Origin: Aulosira sp. ZfuVER01
GTDB lineage: Bacteria; Cyanobacteriota; Cyanobacteriia; Cyanobacteriales; Nostocaceae
Assembly: GCA_034530615.2 (NCBI GenBank)
Contig: JAVRCV020000004.1
Coordinates: 96,001 to 160,000, forward strand
Reading direction: 5' to 3'
DNA: 64,000 nucleotides
Position numbers and translations under genes: made by a program. Below, in pieces: positions 1-9,875 of this stretch; the stretch's first letter is position 1; every line of letters begins with the position of its first letter. Below the pieces are notes generated by a model that was given only the letters and a program-made list of their open reading frames with translations, did not search any database and had not been told where the DNA came from.

Positions 1-102
1 CGCTTTACACCACCTAAGGAATTGGCGGAAGCGATTGGTTTGCCAGTTCCACCTGCTTTACTGACATCCCAGAAACAAAAGGAGGAAATAAACCGTGGCT
101 GA
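1..102 (+). CDS. ndhK: NDH-1 subunit K, 3' end (partial)
   Basis: Frame 1 reads [33 protein letters not shown]; overlaps the ndhJ start, as in the ndhCKJ operon. Confidence 0.8.
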   Translation, partial: RFTPPKELAEAIGLPVPPALLTSQKQKEEINRG

Positions 103-622
103 TGAAGAATCTAAGCCAGTACCAGCAGCCGAAGAGTCACTGGTAAAAGCCGGGAAAGTTTCCCAATGGTTGACTGAAAATGGCTTTGACCATGAGGTTT
201 TGGCACCTGATGTCAACGCTGTTGAGATAATTAAGGTGGAGCCAGATTTCTTGCTCCCGATCGCTACAGCTCTATATGCTTACGGGTTTAATTATCTCCA
301 GTTTCAAGGTGGCGTTGACTTGGGGCCGGGAGAAGACTTGGTGAGTGTTTATCACTTAATTAAAGTAGGTGATAATAGCGATCGCCCTGAAGAAATCCGA
401 TTAAAAGTGTTCTTACCACGGGAAAATCCCAGAGTACCTTCAGTCTACTGGATTTGGAAAACCGCAGACTGGCAAGAGCGCGAGTCTTACGATATGTTCG
501 GCATTGTCTATGAAGGACACCCCAACTTGAAGCGAATTTTGATGCCTGAAGATTGGGTAGGTTGGCCTTTGCGGAAGGATTACATCTCGCCTGATTTCTA
601 CGAGTTGCAAGACGCTTATTAG
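95..622 (+). CDS. ndhJ: NAD(P)H-quinone oxidoreductase subunit J
   Basis: [38 protein letters not shown]uoC/NdhJ signature. Confidence 0.97.
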   Translation: MADEESKPVPAAEESLVKAGKVSQWLTENGFDHEVLAPDVNAVEIIKVEPDFLLPIATALYAYGFNYLQFQGGVDLGPGEDLVSVYHLIKVGDNSDRPEEIRLKVFLPRENPRVPSVYWIWKTADWQERESYDMFGIVYEGHPNLKRILMPEDWVGWPLRKDYISPDFYELQDAY

Positions 623-842
623 ACAGTGCTGAGTGCTGAGTGTCAGCAGTGAGAATTGTGATATCTCATCCCTAACCCTTCTCCGGCGGCGGAGGAGGGT
701 ATTGTTTTTTGGGGTTAGGATGGAAGAAGATGAGATTTTCTGTTTACGCAGAAATGTATAGAGATGGTAAACAGATTTTTGAGTTAGGGCTAGGTAGGCA
801 TTAATATAAATAGGCAGTAAAAATATTATTTTGTAAAAGCCA

Positions 843-2129
843 ATGTCTAGCGAATTACAAGAATCTTTTAAGCAAGCATATAATAATCTCGAATTGTTTC
901 CACTCCTGGAAAAGAAGGAAACAGATAATTTTAGAGTTGATTATGGTGATGATTCTATAGAAAAGTTAATTCAATTCATTGAATTCAGTCCTAACGGTGA
1001 CGCGAAGATTGTATTTACTGGACATCGGGGATGCGGTAAATCGTCTTTATTAGCTGAGTTAGGTAGGCAAATTCAAGATCATTATTTTGTAGTTTTATTT
1101 TCTATTGCTGAAAGTATTGAAATGTCGGCTGTTAATCATATTAATATTTTGTTTGCGATCGCTCTTAATTTAATGTCTGAGGCGGAAGCACGTAAAGTAC
1201 AAATTCCTAAAACTACCAAAGATAAACTCTATGGATGGTTTACAACTCGCACTCGAACTACAGAGGTAGAGTTAGGAGGTGGGATTGAAGTCGGTTTTGA
1301 TTTGCTCAAATTTCTGAAAACTCAATTAAAAGCTGATGCGAAAGTTAGAGAGGAAATTAAACAGGAATTTGAACGGAAAATATCGGAGTTAGTTGCACGC
1401 ATTAATGAAATTGCGGCGTTGATTCAAGTAGCCATTAAAAAAGAAACTATAGTCATCATTGATGATTTAGATAAACTAGACTTGGCAACAGTTCAGGAAA
1501 TTTATAAAAATAACATTAAATCTCTATTTCAACCTAATATTCGGATTATTTATACTGTCCCTATTGCAGTAATGTGTGACATTTATATTTGGGATCTGAT
1601 TAAGGCAGAAAGCAAAAACCTAATTGAAGTAATGCCTGTTATCAAAATTTTTAATAAAGGTGATAATCGCTTACCTGATGCCAAGCCTCGGAGTGAAGCA
1701 ACAAATATTTTATGTGAAATATTAGAAAAACGAATTTCTAGTGAATTAATAGACAAGTCAGCCGTAGAGAAGATTGTTATTTATAGTGGTGGAGTGCTGC
1801 GGGAGTTGATTCGTTTAGCTAATGTATGCTGTCTTATCTGTTTGCGGCTTATTAAACAGAAACCTGGAGAAAGAATAGCGATTAATGACCAAGTTATAGA
1901 ACAAGCAATTAAGGAAATTCGTAATGAACTTTCTCTGCGTTTAGGAAAAGAAGAGTTTAAAATTTTGAAAACTACTTATGAGAATTTTGAGCCTGATGAC
2001 GTAAAGCAGCAAGAGTTTTTAGAATTACTGCATGGATTGTATATCTTAGAATATCGTGATGATTACACTTGGTATGATGTTCACCCCATTCTTGTAGAAA
2101 CTTTGCAACGTAGGGGGTTGATTAATTAA
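843..2129 (+). CDS. P-loop ATPase, STAND/AAA+-like (module 1)
   Basis: Walker A GHRGCGKS, Walker B IVIIDDLDK, SGGVLRELI helical motif, C-terminal WYDVHP winged-helix-like end. Confidence 0.85.
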   Translation: MSSELQESFKQAYNNLELFPLLEKKETDNFRVDYGDDSIEKLIQFIEFSPNGDAKIVFTGHRGCGKSSLLAELGRQIQDHYFVVLFSIAESIEMSAVNHINILFAIALNLMSEAEARKVQIPKTTKDKLYGWFTTRTRTTEVELGGGIEVGFDLLKFLKTQLKADAKVREEIKQEFERKISELVARINEIAALIQVAIKKETIVIIDDLDKLDLATVQEIYKNNIKSLFQPNIRIIYTVPIAVMCDIYIWDLIKAESKNLIEVMPVIKIFNKGDNRLPDAKPRSEATNILCEILEKRISSELIDKSAVEKIVIYSGGVLRELIRLANVCCLICLRLIKQKPGERIAINDQVIEQAIKEIRNELSLRLGKEEFKILKTTYENFEPDDVKQQEFLELLHGLYILEYRDDYTWYDVHPILVETLQRRGLIN

Positions 2130-3757
2130 TGACGAATGAAGATTTACTGACAGATGATGACAACAGAGATGCTTATGATTACTTAACTATTTCTATTGAA
2201 GCTAAAGCAAATCGGTTAAATTTGCTCATTGCTGTTTGTGATGATGCTATTTTTCGGGATGAAATTATTGCTGAGTATGAAGCAGAATTACAGATGCAAA
2301 TCCGTTGTTATCGAGTGACATTGGCAAGGGATGAGCCGAGTTTAACAGCTGCTATTTCTCAATTGGTCAGAAGTGAAGAGTATTTGCAGAAAAATAACCC
2401 AGCAGTAATTACGGTGACTGGTGCAGAACAGCTTCATTTTCTGAAACTGGGAAAAGAACGTTCGGAACAAGAGGTTTTTTTCGGTTATTTACAGTGGACT
2501 AGGGAAGCTTTGAGGGCATTTCCTTTTGCCATTGTTTTGTGGGTGACTAATCAAATATTAGTTGAGTTAATTAAAAAAGCGCCTGATTTTTGGAGTTGGC
2601 GCAATGGTGTTTTTCGGTTTGTGTCTAGAAAGAAAAATACGGTTCCTGGTAGAGAATTAGAAGCGCTTCGTTTTGCTTTCAGGGATCATGAAATTTCCGG
2701 TTTTGATGATGAGAATGATTATTTGTTACCCATAGAAGATTTGCAAGGATTTATTGAAGATTTAGAACAGCGCGGTGTTAAAGATGCAACTTTAGCGACT
2801 TTATACTTTAGCTTAGGAGATATTTATAGAAAAAGACTCAACCAGGGCGAGTTTCAAGATTATAAACAAGAGCAAGAATTAGCCATTGAGTATTTAAGCA
2901 AAGCTGTAGAATTGCAAAAAGAATTAGGTTTAGACAAAGACTTAGCCACTAGCCTCAACAACCTAGCTGAACTCTACGAATCCCAAGGAAAATACAGCCA
3001 AGCGGAACCTTTGTATATCCAAGCTTTGGATTTAAGGCGACGCTTGCTCGGTGAGGAACATCCAGATGTTGCATCTAGCCTCAACAACCTAGCGGGACTC
3101 TACCGTTCCCAAGGAAAATACAGCCAAGCGGAACCTTTGTATATCCAAGCTTTGGATTTAAGGCGACGCTTGCTCGGTGAGGAACATCCAGATGTTGCAT
3201 CTAGCCTCAACAACCTAGCGGGACTCTACCGTTCCCAAGGAAAATACAGCCAAGCGGAACCTTTGTATATCCAAGCTTTGGATTTAAGGCGACGCTTGCT
3301 CGGTGAGGAACATCCAGATGTTGCATCTAGCCTCAACAACCTAGCTACACTCTACGAATCCCAAGAAAAATACAGCCAAGCGGAACCTTTGTATATCCAA
3401 GCTTTGGATTTAAGGCGACGCTTGCTCGGTGATGAACATCCCAATGTTGCAACTAGCCTCAACAACCTAGCAGCACTCTACCGTTCCCAAGGAAAATACA
3501 GCCAAGCGGAACCTTTGTACATCCAAGCTTTGGATTTAAGGCGACGCTTGCTCGGTGATGAACATCCAGATGTTGCATCTAGCCTCAACAACCTAGCTAC
3601 ACTCTACGAATCCCAAAGAAAATACAGTCAAGCCGAACCTTTGTTTATCCAAGCTTTAGATATTTGTGAGCGACAATTAGGGGTAAATCATCCCAATACT
3701 ATTATTGTGCGTAAAAATTTAGCATATATTCGCGATCGCCTCTCCTCAGACAAGTAA
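2129..3757 (+). CDS. TPR protein with degenerate NTPase-like N-terminal domain (module 1)
   Basis: N-domain with APDFWSWR motif and no Walker A; 42-aa kinesin-light-chain-type TPRs (SLNNLAxLYxSQGKYSQAEPLY); TAATG stop/start overlap with the ATPase. Confidence 0.88.
   Translation: MTNEDLLTDDDNRDAYDYLTISIEAKANRLNLLIAVCDDAIFRDEIIAEYEAELQMQIRCYRVTLARDEPSLTAAISQLVRSEEYLQKNNPAVITVTGAEQLHFLKLGKERSEQEVFFGYLQWTREALRAFPFAIVLWVTNQILVELIKKAPDFWSWRNGVFRFVSRKKNTVPGRELEALRFAFRDHEISGFDDENDYLLPIEDLQGFIEDLEQRGVKDATLATLYFSLGDIYRKRLNQGEFQDYKQEQELAIEYLSKAVELQKELGLDKDLATSLNNLAELYESQGKYSQAEPLYIQALDLRRRLLGEEHPDVASSLNNLAGLYRSQGKYSQAEPLYIQALDLRRRLLGEEHPDVASSLNNLAGLYRSQGKYSQAEPLYIQALDLRRRLLGEEHPDVASSLNNLATLYESQEKYSQAEPLYIQALDLRRRLLGDEHPNVATSLNNLAALYRSQGKYSQAEPLYIQALDLRRRLLGDEHPDVASSLNNLATLYESQRKYSQAEPLFIQALDICERQLGVNHPNTIIVRKNLAYIRDRLSSDK
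2951..3660 (+). repeat. 126-bp tandem repeat (about 5.6 units) encoding TPRs
   Basis: AGCCTCAACAACCTAGC recurs at 2951, 3077, 3203, 3329, 3455 and 3581; units are near-identical at DNA level. Confidence 0.95.
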
Positions 3758-3790
3758 CATTGATGAGCAAATTCTCAAGCGCGATCGCCT

Positions 3791-3958
3791 AAACTCAATA
3801 TTCCAAGTTCTAAACTCGACGTTTCCGGTTTCAAACGAAAATGTTTCTGTTCCCAGCAAGAACGTTTCGGTTTCAAACGAGAATGTTCTTGTTTTCAGTA
3901 AGAAGATTCTTGTTTCCAGTGACAGTGTTTCAGTTTCAAGCTAGAAATTTTGTGTTCT
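3791..3958. repeat. Degenerate 21-bp tandem array (about 8 units)
   Basis: Units such as aaactcgacgtttccggtttc / aaacgaaaatgtttctgttcc / cagcaagaacgtttcggtttc. Confidence 0.7.
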
Positions 3959-4532
3959 GAGGTGGAATGATGCGATTGTGAAGGCGATCACTTGACTTCA
4001 CAACCTCAAAGCTGGGGTTTGGAACTGGAAGTTTCGTGTTTTGAGGTTGAAACATGGGGTAATGAATGCGATCGCAGATGATGCTACTAAAAAAGCCTAC
4101 CACTGAATCGCGTAGATACAGTGAAAGTTGGACACGGAAACATTAGCTTTTCTGTCTAGATTGACAAAAACATACTCTTGAGAAGGTAGGAAAGCTGTGG
4201 AGCGGTAAAGTATGTTGGAAATTTGATTTTTTCGCTAAAAAATTTATTTTATTTATTTGTTAAGTAGCTTTCACGATTGCAAATGTATAATCTAGCATTT
4301 ATTCCTATTTGTTAAATGTATAATTCCTGATTCATTTTTATCTAGTTTTTATATATACTCCTGATTTTTTTTGTTCCGATTCTGTATGTTTACGCATTAT
4401 TTTAATAATGTAATATAGTTGTCACTTAGTAACCATTAATTGACATTACCTCCAAGGTAAAATCGCCAGAAATTTTACCGTTAAAAAAATAAGCCATTAT
4501 ATGAATAGTTGGCACTTTTACGGCAATAGCGA

Positions 4533-5825
4533 ATGTCTAAAGAATTATTAAACTCGTTTCAAGAAGCATATAGCAATCTCGAACTGTTTCCATTGATGGA
4601 AAAGAACGAAATGGAAAAGTTTAGAGTTGAATATGGTGATGATTTGATTGCAGATCTTAACCAATTGGTTGAAGATAGCCCCAATGGTGATAGTAAGATT
4701 ATCTTTACTGGGCATCGAGGATGTGGTAAGTCAACTTTGTTAGCTGAGTTTAGCAGACAAATTCAAAAGAAGTATTTTGTTGTGTTGTTCTCGATCGCTG
4801 ACAAAATTGAAATGTCAGCCGTTAATCATATTAATATCCTGTTTGCTATTGCAGTGAATTTAATGTCTGAGGCTGAAGCACGTCAGGTTGAAATCCCTAA
4901 ATCGACAAAAGAGGCTCTTTATAAATGGTTTGCTACCCGGACTCGTACTGAAGAATTAAATTTACACGCTGAAGCTGAAATAGGTTTCGACTTGCTTAAG
5001 TTGATTAGCTCTAAATTAAAAGCTGATGCGACTGTACGAGATGAAATTAAACAAGAATTTGAGCGCAAAATATCAGACTTAGTTGCGAGAATTAACGAAA
5101 TTGCTGCTCTCATTCAAGCTACTACTAAACAAGATGTTTTAGTGATTATTGATGATTTAGATAAACTCGACTTGGGTAGAGTTAACGAAATTTATAAGGA
5201 TAATATTAAAGCCCTTTGCCAACCTAATTTTCGGATAATCTATACTATCCCAATTGCTGTGCTACGCGAAACATTTATTAGTACCATAATTGCTACAGAA
5301 ACTAACGACCAAATTGTGGTCATGCCTGTGTTGAAAATTTTTGAAAAGGGTAAAAATCGGCTGCCTAATGCCGAACCTCGTCCTGAAGCAATCAAAATTC
5401 TCGGTGAGGTTTTACAAAAGCGGATTTCTAGTGACTTAATAGCGGATAAAACTGCTGAAAAAATTGTGATTTACAGTGGCGGAGTTTTACGAGAGTTAAT
5501 TCGGATTGCGAAGGAGTGCTGTCGCATTTGCTTGCGAGTTATTCGCAGAAATCCAACAGAAGAAATTTTTATTGATGACAAGATTTTAGCCCAAGCAATT
5601 AATAAAATTCGCAATGACTTTTCTATACGTTTAGGAAAAATAGATATAGATATTTTACAAAGTGTTTATGAGCAATTTATGCCCAATGACCCTAAACAAG
5701 CTGAGTTTTTAGATTTGCTACATGGGCTATATGTTTTGGAATATCGCACTGATGAAACTTGGTACGATGTTCATCCAATCCTGATAGAAAGCCTGAAAAG
5801 ACACGGAGTTATCCATGTTGAGTGA
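4533..5825 (+). CDS. P-loop ATPase, STAND/AAA+-like (module 2; paralog of 843..2129)
   Basis: GHRGCGKST, VIIDDLDK, SGGVLRELI, WYDVHP; collinear with the module 1 ATPase. Confidence 0.85.
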   Translation: MSKELLNSFQEAYSNLELFPLMEKNEMEKFRVEYGDDLIADLNQLVEDSPNGDSKIIFTGHRGCGKSTLLAEFSRQIQKKYFVVLFSIADKIEMSAVNHINILFAIAVNLMSEAEARQVEIPKSTKEALYKWFATRTRTEELNLHAEAEIGFDLLKLISSKLKADATVRDEIKQEFERKISDLVARINEIAALIQATTKQDVLVIIDDLDKLDLGRVNEIYKDNIKALCQPNFRIIYTIPIAVLRETFISTIIATETNDQIVVMPVLKIFEKGKNRLPNAEPRPEAIKILGEVLQKRISSDLIADKTAEKIVIYSGGVLRELIRIAKECCRICLRVIRRNPTEEIFIDDKILAQAINKIRNDFSIRLGKIDIDILQSVYEQFMPNDPKQAEFLDLLHGLYVLEYRTDETWYDVHPILIESLKRHGVIHVE

Positions 5826-7593
5826 AGAATTTGGAGATGATGGAGATTTGTTAGAGCCTGATAGGGAAAATCAAGATGCCTATGATGATTTGATTGTTTC
5901 TATTGAAGCTCAAACGCGAGGATTAAATTTACTAATTGCTGTTTGTGATGATGGAAATTTTCGGGATGAGATTATTTCTAAATACGAAGCTGAACTACAA
6001 CCGAATTTCCGTTCGTATCGGGTTACTTTAGCACGACAGGAACCAAGTTTGAAAGCGGCTCTCAACCAATTAGTGCAACAAGAAGAATATCTTCGTCAAC
6101 GTAATCTAGCAGTCATAACTATAACGGGTGCTGAACAACTTTATTTTCTCAAATTAGGGGAAGAGCAATCAGAACAGGAAAAGTTTTTTGGTTACTTACA
6201 GTGGACAAGGGAAGGATTGCGCGAATTTCCTTTTGCGATTGTACTTTGGTTGACTAACCAAATTTTAGTCAATTTGATTAAAAAAGCTCCTGATTTTTGG
6301 AGTTGGCGCAATGGTGTTTTTAGGTTTGTATCTAAAAAAACAAATGCGATCGCTGGTAAAGAACTAGAACCTATCCGCTTTGTTTTTAGAGATACGGAAT
6401 TAGCCAGCACTGATACTAATGAAAATAACTCGTTTTTTTTACCTATCCAAGATTTACAAAGATTAATCGAGAAAATTGAACAGGAAAAGGGAACCAAAGA
6501 TCCTAGCTTGGCTACTTTATATTCAAGTTTGGGTGATATTTATCGTAGTAGGTTAGATCGGGGTGAGTCTCAGAATTATCAAAAAGAACAAGAATTGGCA
6601 ATTAAGTATTGGCGCAAGGCGATCGCTCTGTATAGTGAATTAGGTTTGCAGATAGATTTAGCTGCTAGTCTCAATAATTTAGCAGGACTTTACCGTGCAA
6701 CAGGACGTTACAGCGAAGCGGAACCCTTATATAAACAAGCTTTAGAACTGAGCAAAAGTCTTTTAGGAGATAATCATCCCTCTTTTGCTAATAGCCTGAA
6801 TAATCTTGCCGGTCTTTATAAATCTACTGGACATTACAGCAAAGCAGAAGTTCTATATCAACAAGCTTTGGAATTAAGACAAAGCTTACTAGGAGAAAAC
6901 CATCCCGATGTCGCTGCTAGTTTGAATAACCTAGCGCTACTATACAATCAACAAGAACGTTATAACGAAGCAGAACCCCTTTATCTACAGTCATTAGAAA
7001 TTAGAAAATATCTGCTTGGCGAAAATCATCCTTCTATTGCCATTATTTTGAATAATTTAGCACTACTTTATTATCATCAAGAACGCTACGGGGAAGCTGA
7101 ACCATTATCGCTCCAAGCAATAGAATTAGATAAGCGATTTTTAGGAGAAGAAAATCCCGAAGTTGCGACAGATCTTCACAATTTGGCATTGATATACCGC
7201 GCTCAAGGACGTTATGACGAAGCCGAAACTTTGTTTTTACAATCTTTGGAAATCAAGCAGCGTCTACTGCAAAAGGCACATCCGCTTTTGGCAGATACTA
7301 TTTACGCTTTGGGCTATATGTACAGAGAACAGGGGCGTTTTAATGAGGCGGAATCTTTGTGTGTAAAAGCGCTGGAACTGGATAAACAATTGTTAGGAGA
7401 TAATCATCCTAATGTTGCTGAAAGTCTGAATAATTTAGCAGAAATTTATCGTTTAACAGGGCGTTATTCTGAAGCTGAACCCCTTTATCAGCAAGCTTTA
7501 GATATTTGTCAGCAAATCTGGGGGGTAAATCATCCCCGTACTGTTACTGCTCGTGAGAATTTAGCATATATTCGCGATCGCTTAATCTGTTAA
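5815..7593 (+). CDS. TPR protein with degenerate NTPase-like N-terminal domain (module 2)
   Basis: APDFWSWR N-domain followed by about 7-8 diverged 42-aa TPRs; overlaps the ATPase stop by 11 nt. Confidence 0.88.
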   Translation: MLSEEFGDDGDLLEPDRENQDAYDDLIVSIEAQTRGLNLLIAVCDDGNFRDEIISKYEAELQPNFRSYRVTLARQEPSLKAALNQLVQQEEYLRQRNLAVITITGAEQLYFLKLGEEQSEQEKFFGYLQWTREGLREFPFAIVLWLTNQILVNLIKKAPDFWSWRNGVFRFVSKKTNAIAGKELEPIRFVFRDTELASTDTNENNSFFLPIQDLQRLIEKIEQEKGTKDPSLATLYSSLGDIYRSRLDRGESQNYQKEQELAIKYWRKAIALYSELGLQIDLAASLNNLAGLYRATGRYSEAEPLYKQALELSKSLLGDNHPSFANSLNNLAGLYKSTGHYSKAEVLYQQALELRQSLLGENHPDVAASLNNLALLYNQQERYNEAEPLYLQSLEIRKYLLGENHPSIAIILNNLALLYYHQERYGEAEPLSLQAIELDKRFLGEENPEVATDLHNLALIYRAQGRYDEAETLFLQSLEIKQRLLQKAHPLLADTIYALGYMYREQGRFNEAESLCVKALELDKQLLGDNHPNVAESLNNLAEIYRLTGRYSEAEPLYQQALDICQQIWGVNHPRTVTARENLAYIRDRLIC

Positions 7594-7742
7594 CTTAAAA
7601 TTCAATATCAATTATGCGTCGGTGCGTTGCGCTGCGCGACAACACACCCTACATTTAAATTTATTAACATAGCGTGAAATATTGGCACTGAGTTACTTAA
7701 AGGCGAGCGATCGCTTAACCTGTTAACTTAAAATTCAACATC
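7574..7742. repeat. 36-bp direct repeat starting at a HIP1 site (7574-7609 and 7707-7742)
   Basis: GCGATCGCTTAA[T/C]CTGTTAACTTAAAATTCAA[T/C]ATC present twice. Confidence 0.85.
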
Positions 7743-7753
7743 TAAAATCTTGC

Positions 7754-8473
7754 TCATCTTGGCTCACTTGCTTCTTCGCAACAGCAACCTGCAACCCCAT
7801 CTGTTGGAAGAATCTCAGGGATAGTAGCTAAAGACGGTTTGGCAAACAAGGGACATGAAGGTAATTGCCATTGCACGGTTGAAACATTCAAGTCTTTGAT
7901 TAAACCAATTTTGATGTCTAGCACCCAACCATGAATTTTCGGGGCGTTTTGCTCATGGAGTGCTTTGCGGATGATAGAAGTTTGGTAGAGATTCTTAACC
8001 TGTGCCAAAACGTTGATTTCTGCTAATCGATTTAGGCGTGCTTCTCTGTTTGCTAAAGCATTAATCTCTTGTTGGTTGTGTAAATAAAGTTCCCGAATGG
8101 GATTTACCCAATTATCAATGATTCCGGTGGTGCTTCCTTCTAGGGCTGCTTTAATTCCACCACAACCGTAGTGTCCACAAACAATGATATGTTTAACGTG
8201 AAGATGGGAAACTGCGTAATCTAAAACCGCTAAGAAGTTCATATCTGTTAGCGACACTTGATTAGCAATATTGCGATGTACAAATAACTCTCCGGGTTCT
8301 GTGCGGGTAAAGCTATTCAGAGGTAAACGACTGTCAGAACAACCTATGTAAAGAAAAGGTGGTTTTTGTCCCTCGGCTAATCTGTCAAAATAATTCGTGT
8401 CTAGGGCTAGTTTTTCTGCAACCCAAGATTGATTATTGGTGAGGAGTTCATCAATGGTGTGATATTTCATCAA
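7754..8473 (-). CDS. Beta-class carbonic anhydrase
   Basis: CSDSR and HYGCGG zinc ligands, GELFVHRNIAN. Confidence 0.93.
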   Translation of the reverse strand: MMKYHTIDELLTNNQSWVAEKLALDTNYFDRLAEGQKPPFLYIGCSDSRLPLNSFTRTEPGELFVHRNIANQVSLTDMNFLAVLDYAVSHLHVKHIIVCGHYGCGGIKAALEGSTTGIIDNWVNPIRELYLHNQQEINALANREARLNRLAEINVLAQVKNLYQTSIIRKALHEQNAPKIHGWVLDIKIGLIKDLNVSTVQWQLPSCPLFAKPSLATIPEILPTDGVAGCCCEEASEPR

Positions 8474-8666
8474 TCATTAGATATCTCTATGATAACTATT
8501 GTATTTTATCTATATATAACTGTATGCTCTCCATGCATCAAGCTATAGCGCTTTTCGTTTGCATGGAATACAGGCTTTGAAGACTAAATTATTCTTAGGG
8601 CACAAACATCTAGCAGCTTGATAGTGGTTTATTCAACTGCAAATTGCTGTTAGTGCGTTAGTTTTC

Positions 8667-9656
8667 TCATGCTGAAGGATATTCGTGAGACACAAAGGGA
8701 ACTGCTACTATTTCACCCTCAGTTTCTCCTACTTGCACTTTTAAGCCAACACCGCCTGCTTTGGTGCGAATGTAACCTAGTCCAAAGTAGCCCTCAGGTG
8801 TTTCGGTGTAACTTGTGAGTTTGCCGACTTTTTCATCTCCTACTGCAATTGTGGCACTAACTTCCGCAGGACTACTAAGACGAATTCCCCAGAGGTGTTG
8901 CTTTACACCTTTATATGTATTTAATCGGGCAATAGTTTCTTGTCCAATATAGCAACCTTTATTAAAGGAAATTGTTTGCCATAAACCGACTTCTAGAGGA
9001 TTATAATCATCTGTCAGTTCTGCATCTGGGGTAGGTCTTCCTTGTAATATTCGCAACACATTCCAGCCGCGATCGCTCAATTCTACTGTCCCTAATTCTA
9101 AAATTTGGCTCCACACTTTCTCTTTTTCTGAGGCGGGCAAAATTAAGGTATATCCAGGGGAAGCCAAACCGCTACCAACCGCCACAATTACGCTATCGTT
9201 GACTAAAATATGATTGCCATAGGGTTGCCCAATAATTGCACCCGCACCCAACTTTTCAACGATGGCATCACTTCCCGAACCGATGAGACTAAAGGCTGCT
9301 GTTTCATCAGTTACATCGGTTAATTGCACTTTATCAGCAAAGAATATGTAGCGATCTAACCACTGCATCATCAATTCGCGGCGGTTAGGCGAAACCAATA
9401 ATAAAACTGCATCCTCTAAAACGTAGGCAGTCACCAAGTCTATCGTGCGGGCGGTGGATGTCACCATCACAGTATCGCACCCTTGCCCAGGTTTGAGACT
9501 TTGGAAGTCATTTGTACTTTGGTTGTGTAAAAACCGGAGGCGTTCTTCATCAGAAACACGGATGCGTCCCCAAAAAGAGCGATCGCATACAGCAACTCCT
9601 TCTGTTACAGCTTGGATAGCTGCTGCGTCTTTAGCGTCAATTGCAGAGGTTGGCAT
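8667..9656 (-). CDS. ygfZ: Folate-binding protein YgfZ/GcvT family
   Basis: KGCYIGQE signature. Confidence 0.9.
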   Translation of the reverse strand: MPTSAIDAKDAAAIQAVTEGVAVCDRSFWGRIRVSDEERLRFLHNQSTNDFQSLKPGQGCDTVMVTSTARTIDLVTAYVLEDAVLLLVSPNRRELMMQWLDRYIFFADKVQLTDVTDETAAFSLIGSGSDAIVEKLGAGAIIGQPYGNHILVNDSVIVAVGSGLASPGYTLILPASEKEKVWSQILELGTVELSDRGWNVLRILQGRPTPDAELTDDYNPLEVGLWQTISFNKGCYIGQETIARLNTYKGVKQHLWGIRLSSPAEVSATIAVGDEKVGKLTSYTETPEGYFGLGYIRTKAGGVGLKVQVGETEGEIVAVPFVSHEYPSA

Positions 9657-9875
9657 AGTAATGAAGAGTTGCTTTGTTTCAATGTTTTCGCATTGGAAAT
9701 CTTAGCAAATTATGTTTTACTGGTTCAAGTTTTATTGGGAATAGGGCATGGGGCATGGGGCATAGGGCATGGGTTATGACTTATTTCTCTCTTGTCTTCC
9801 TTGTGCCTCATTTATGGTTTGATTTGAAAGATATCGCCGTTTCCTAATATATCTATATAAAGTTCTAGAAGTTTT

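Noticed and set aside
2951..3660. Diversity-generating retroelement or shufflon acting on the TPR repeats
   Set aside because: No reverse transcriptase, template repeat or recombinase in the window; the variation is not adenine-specific.
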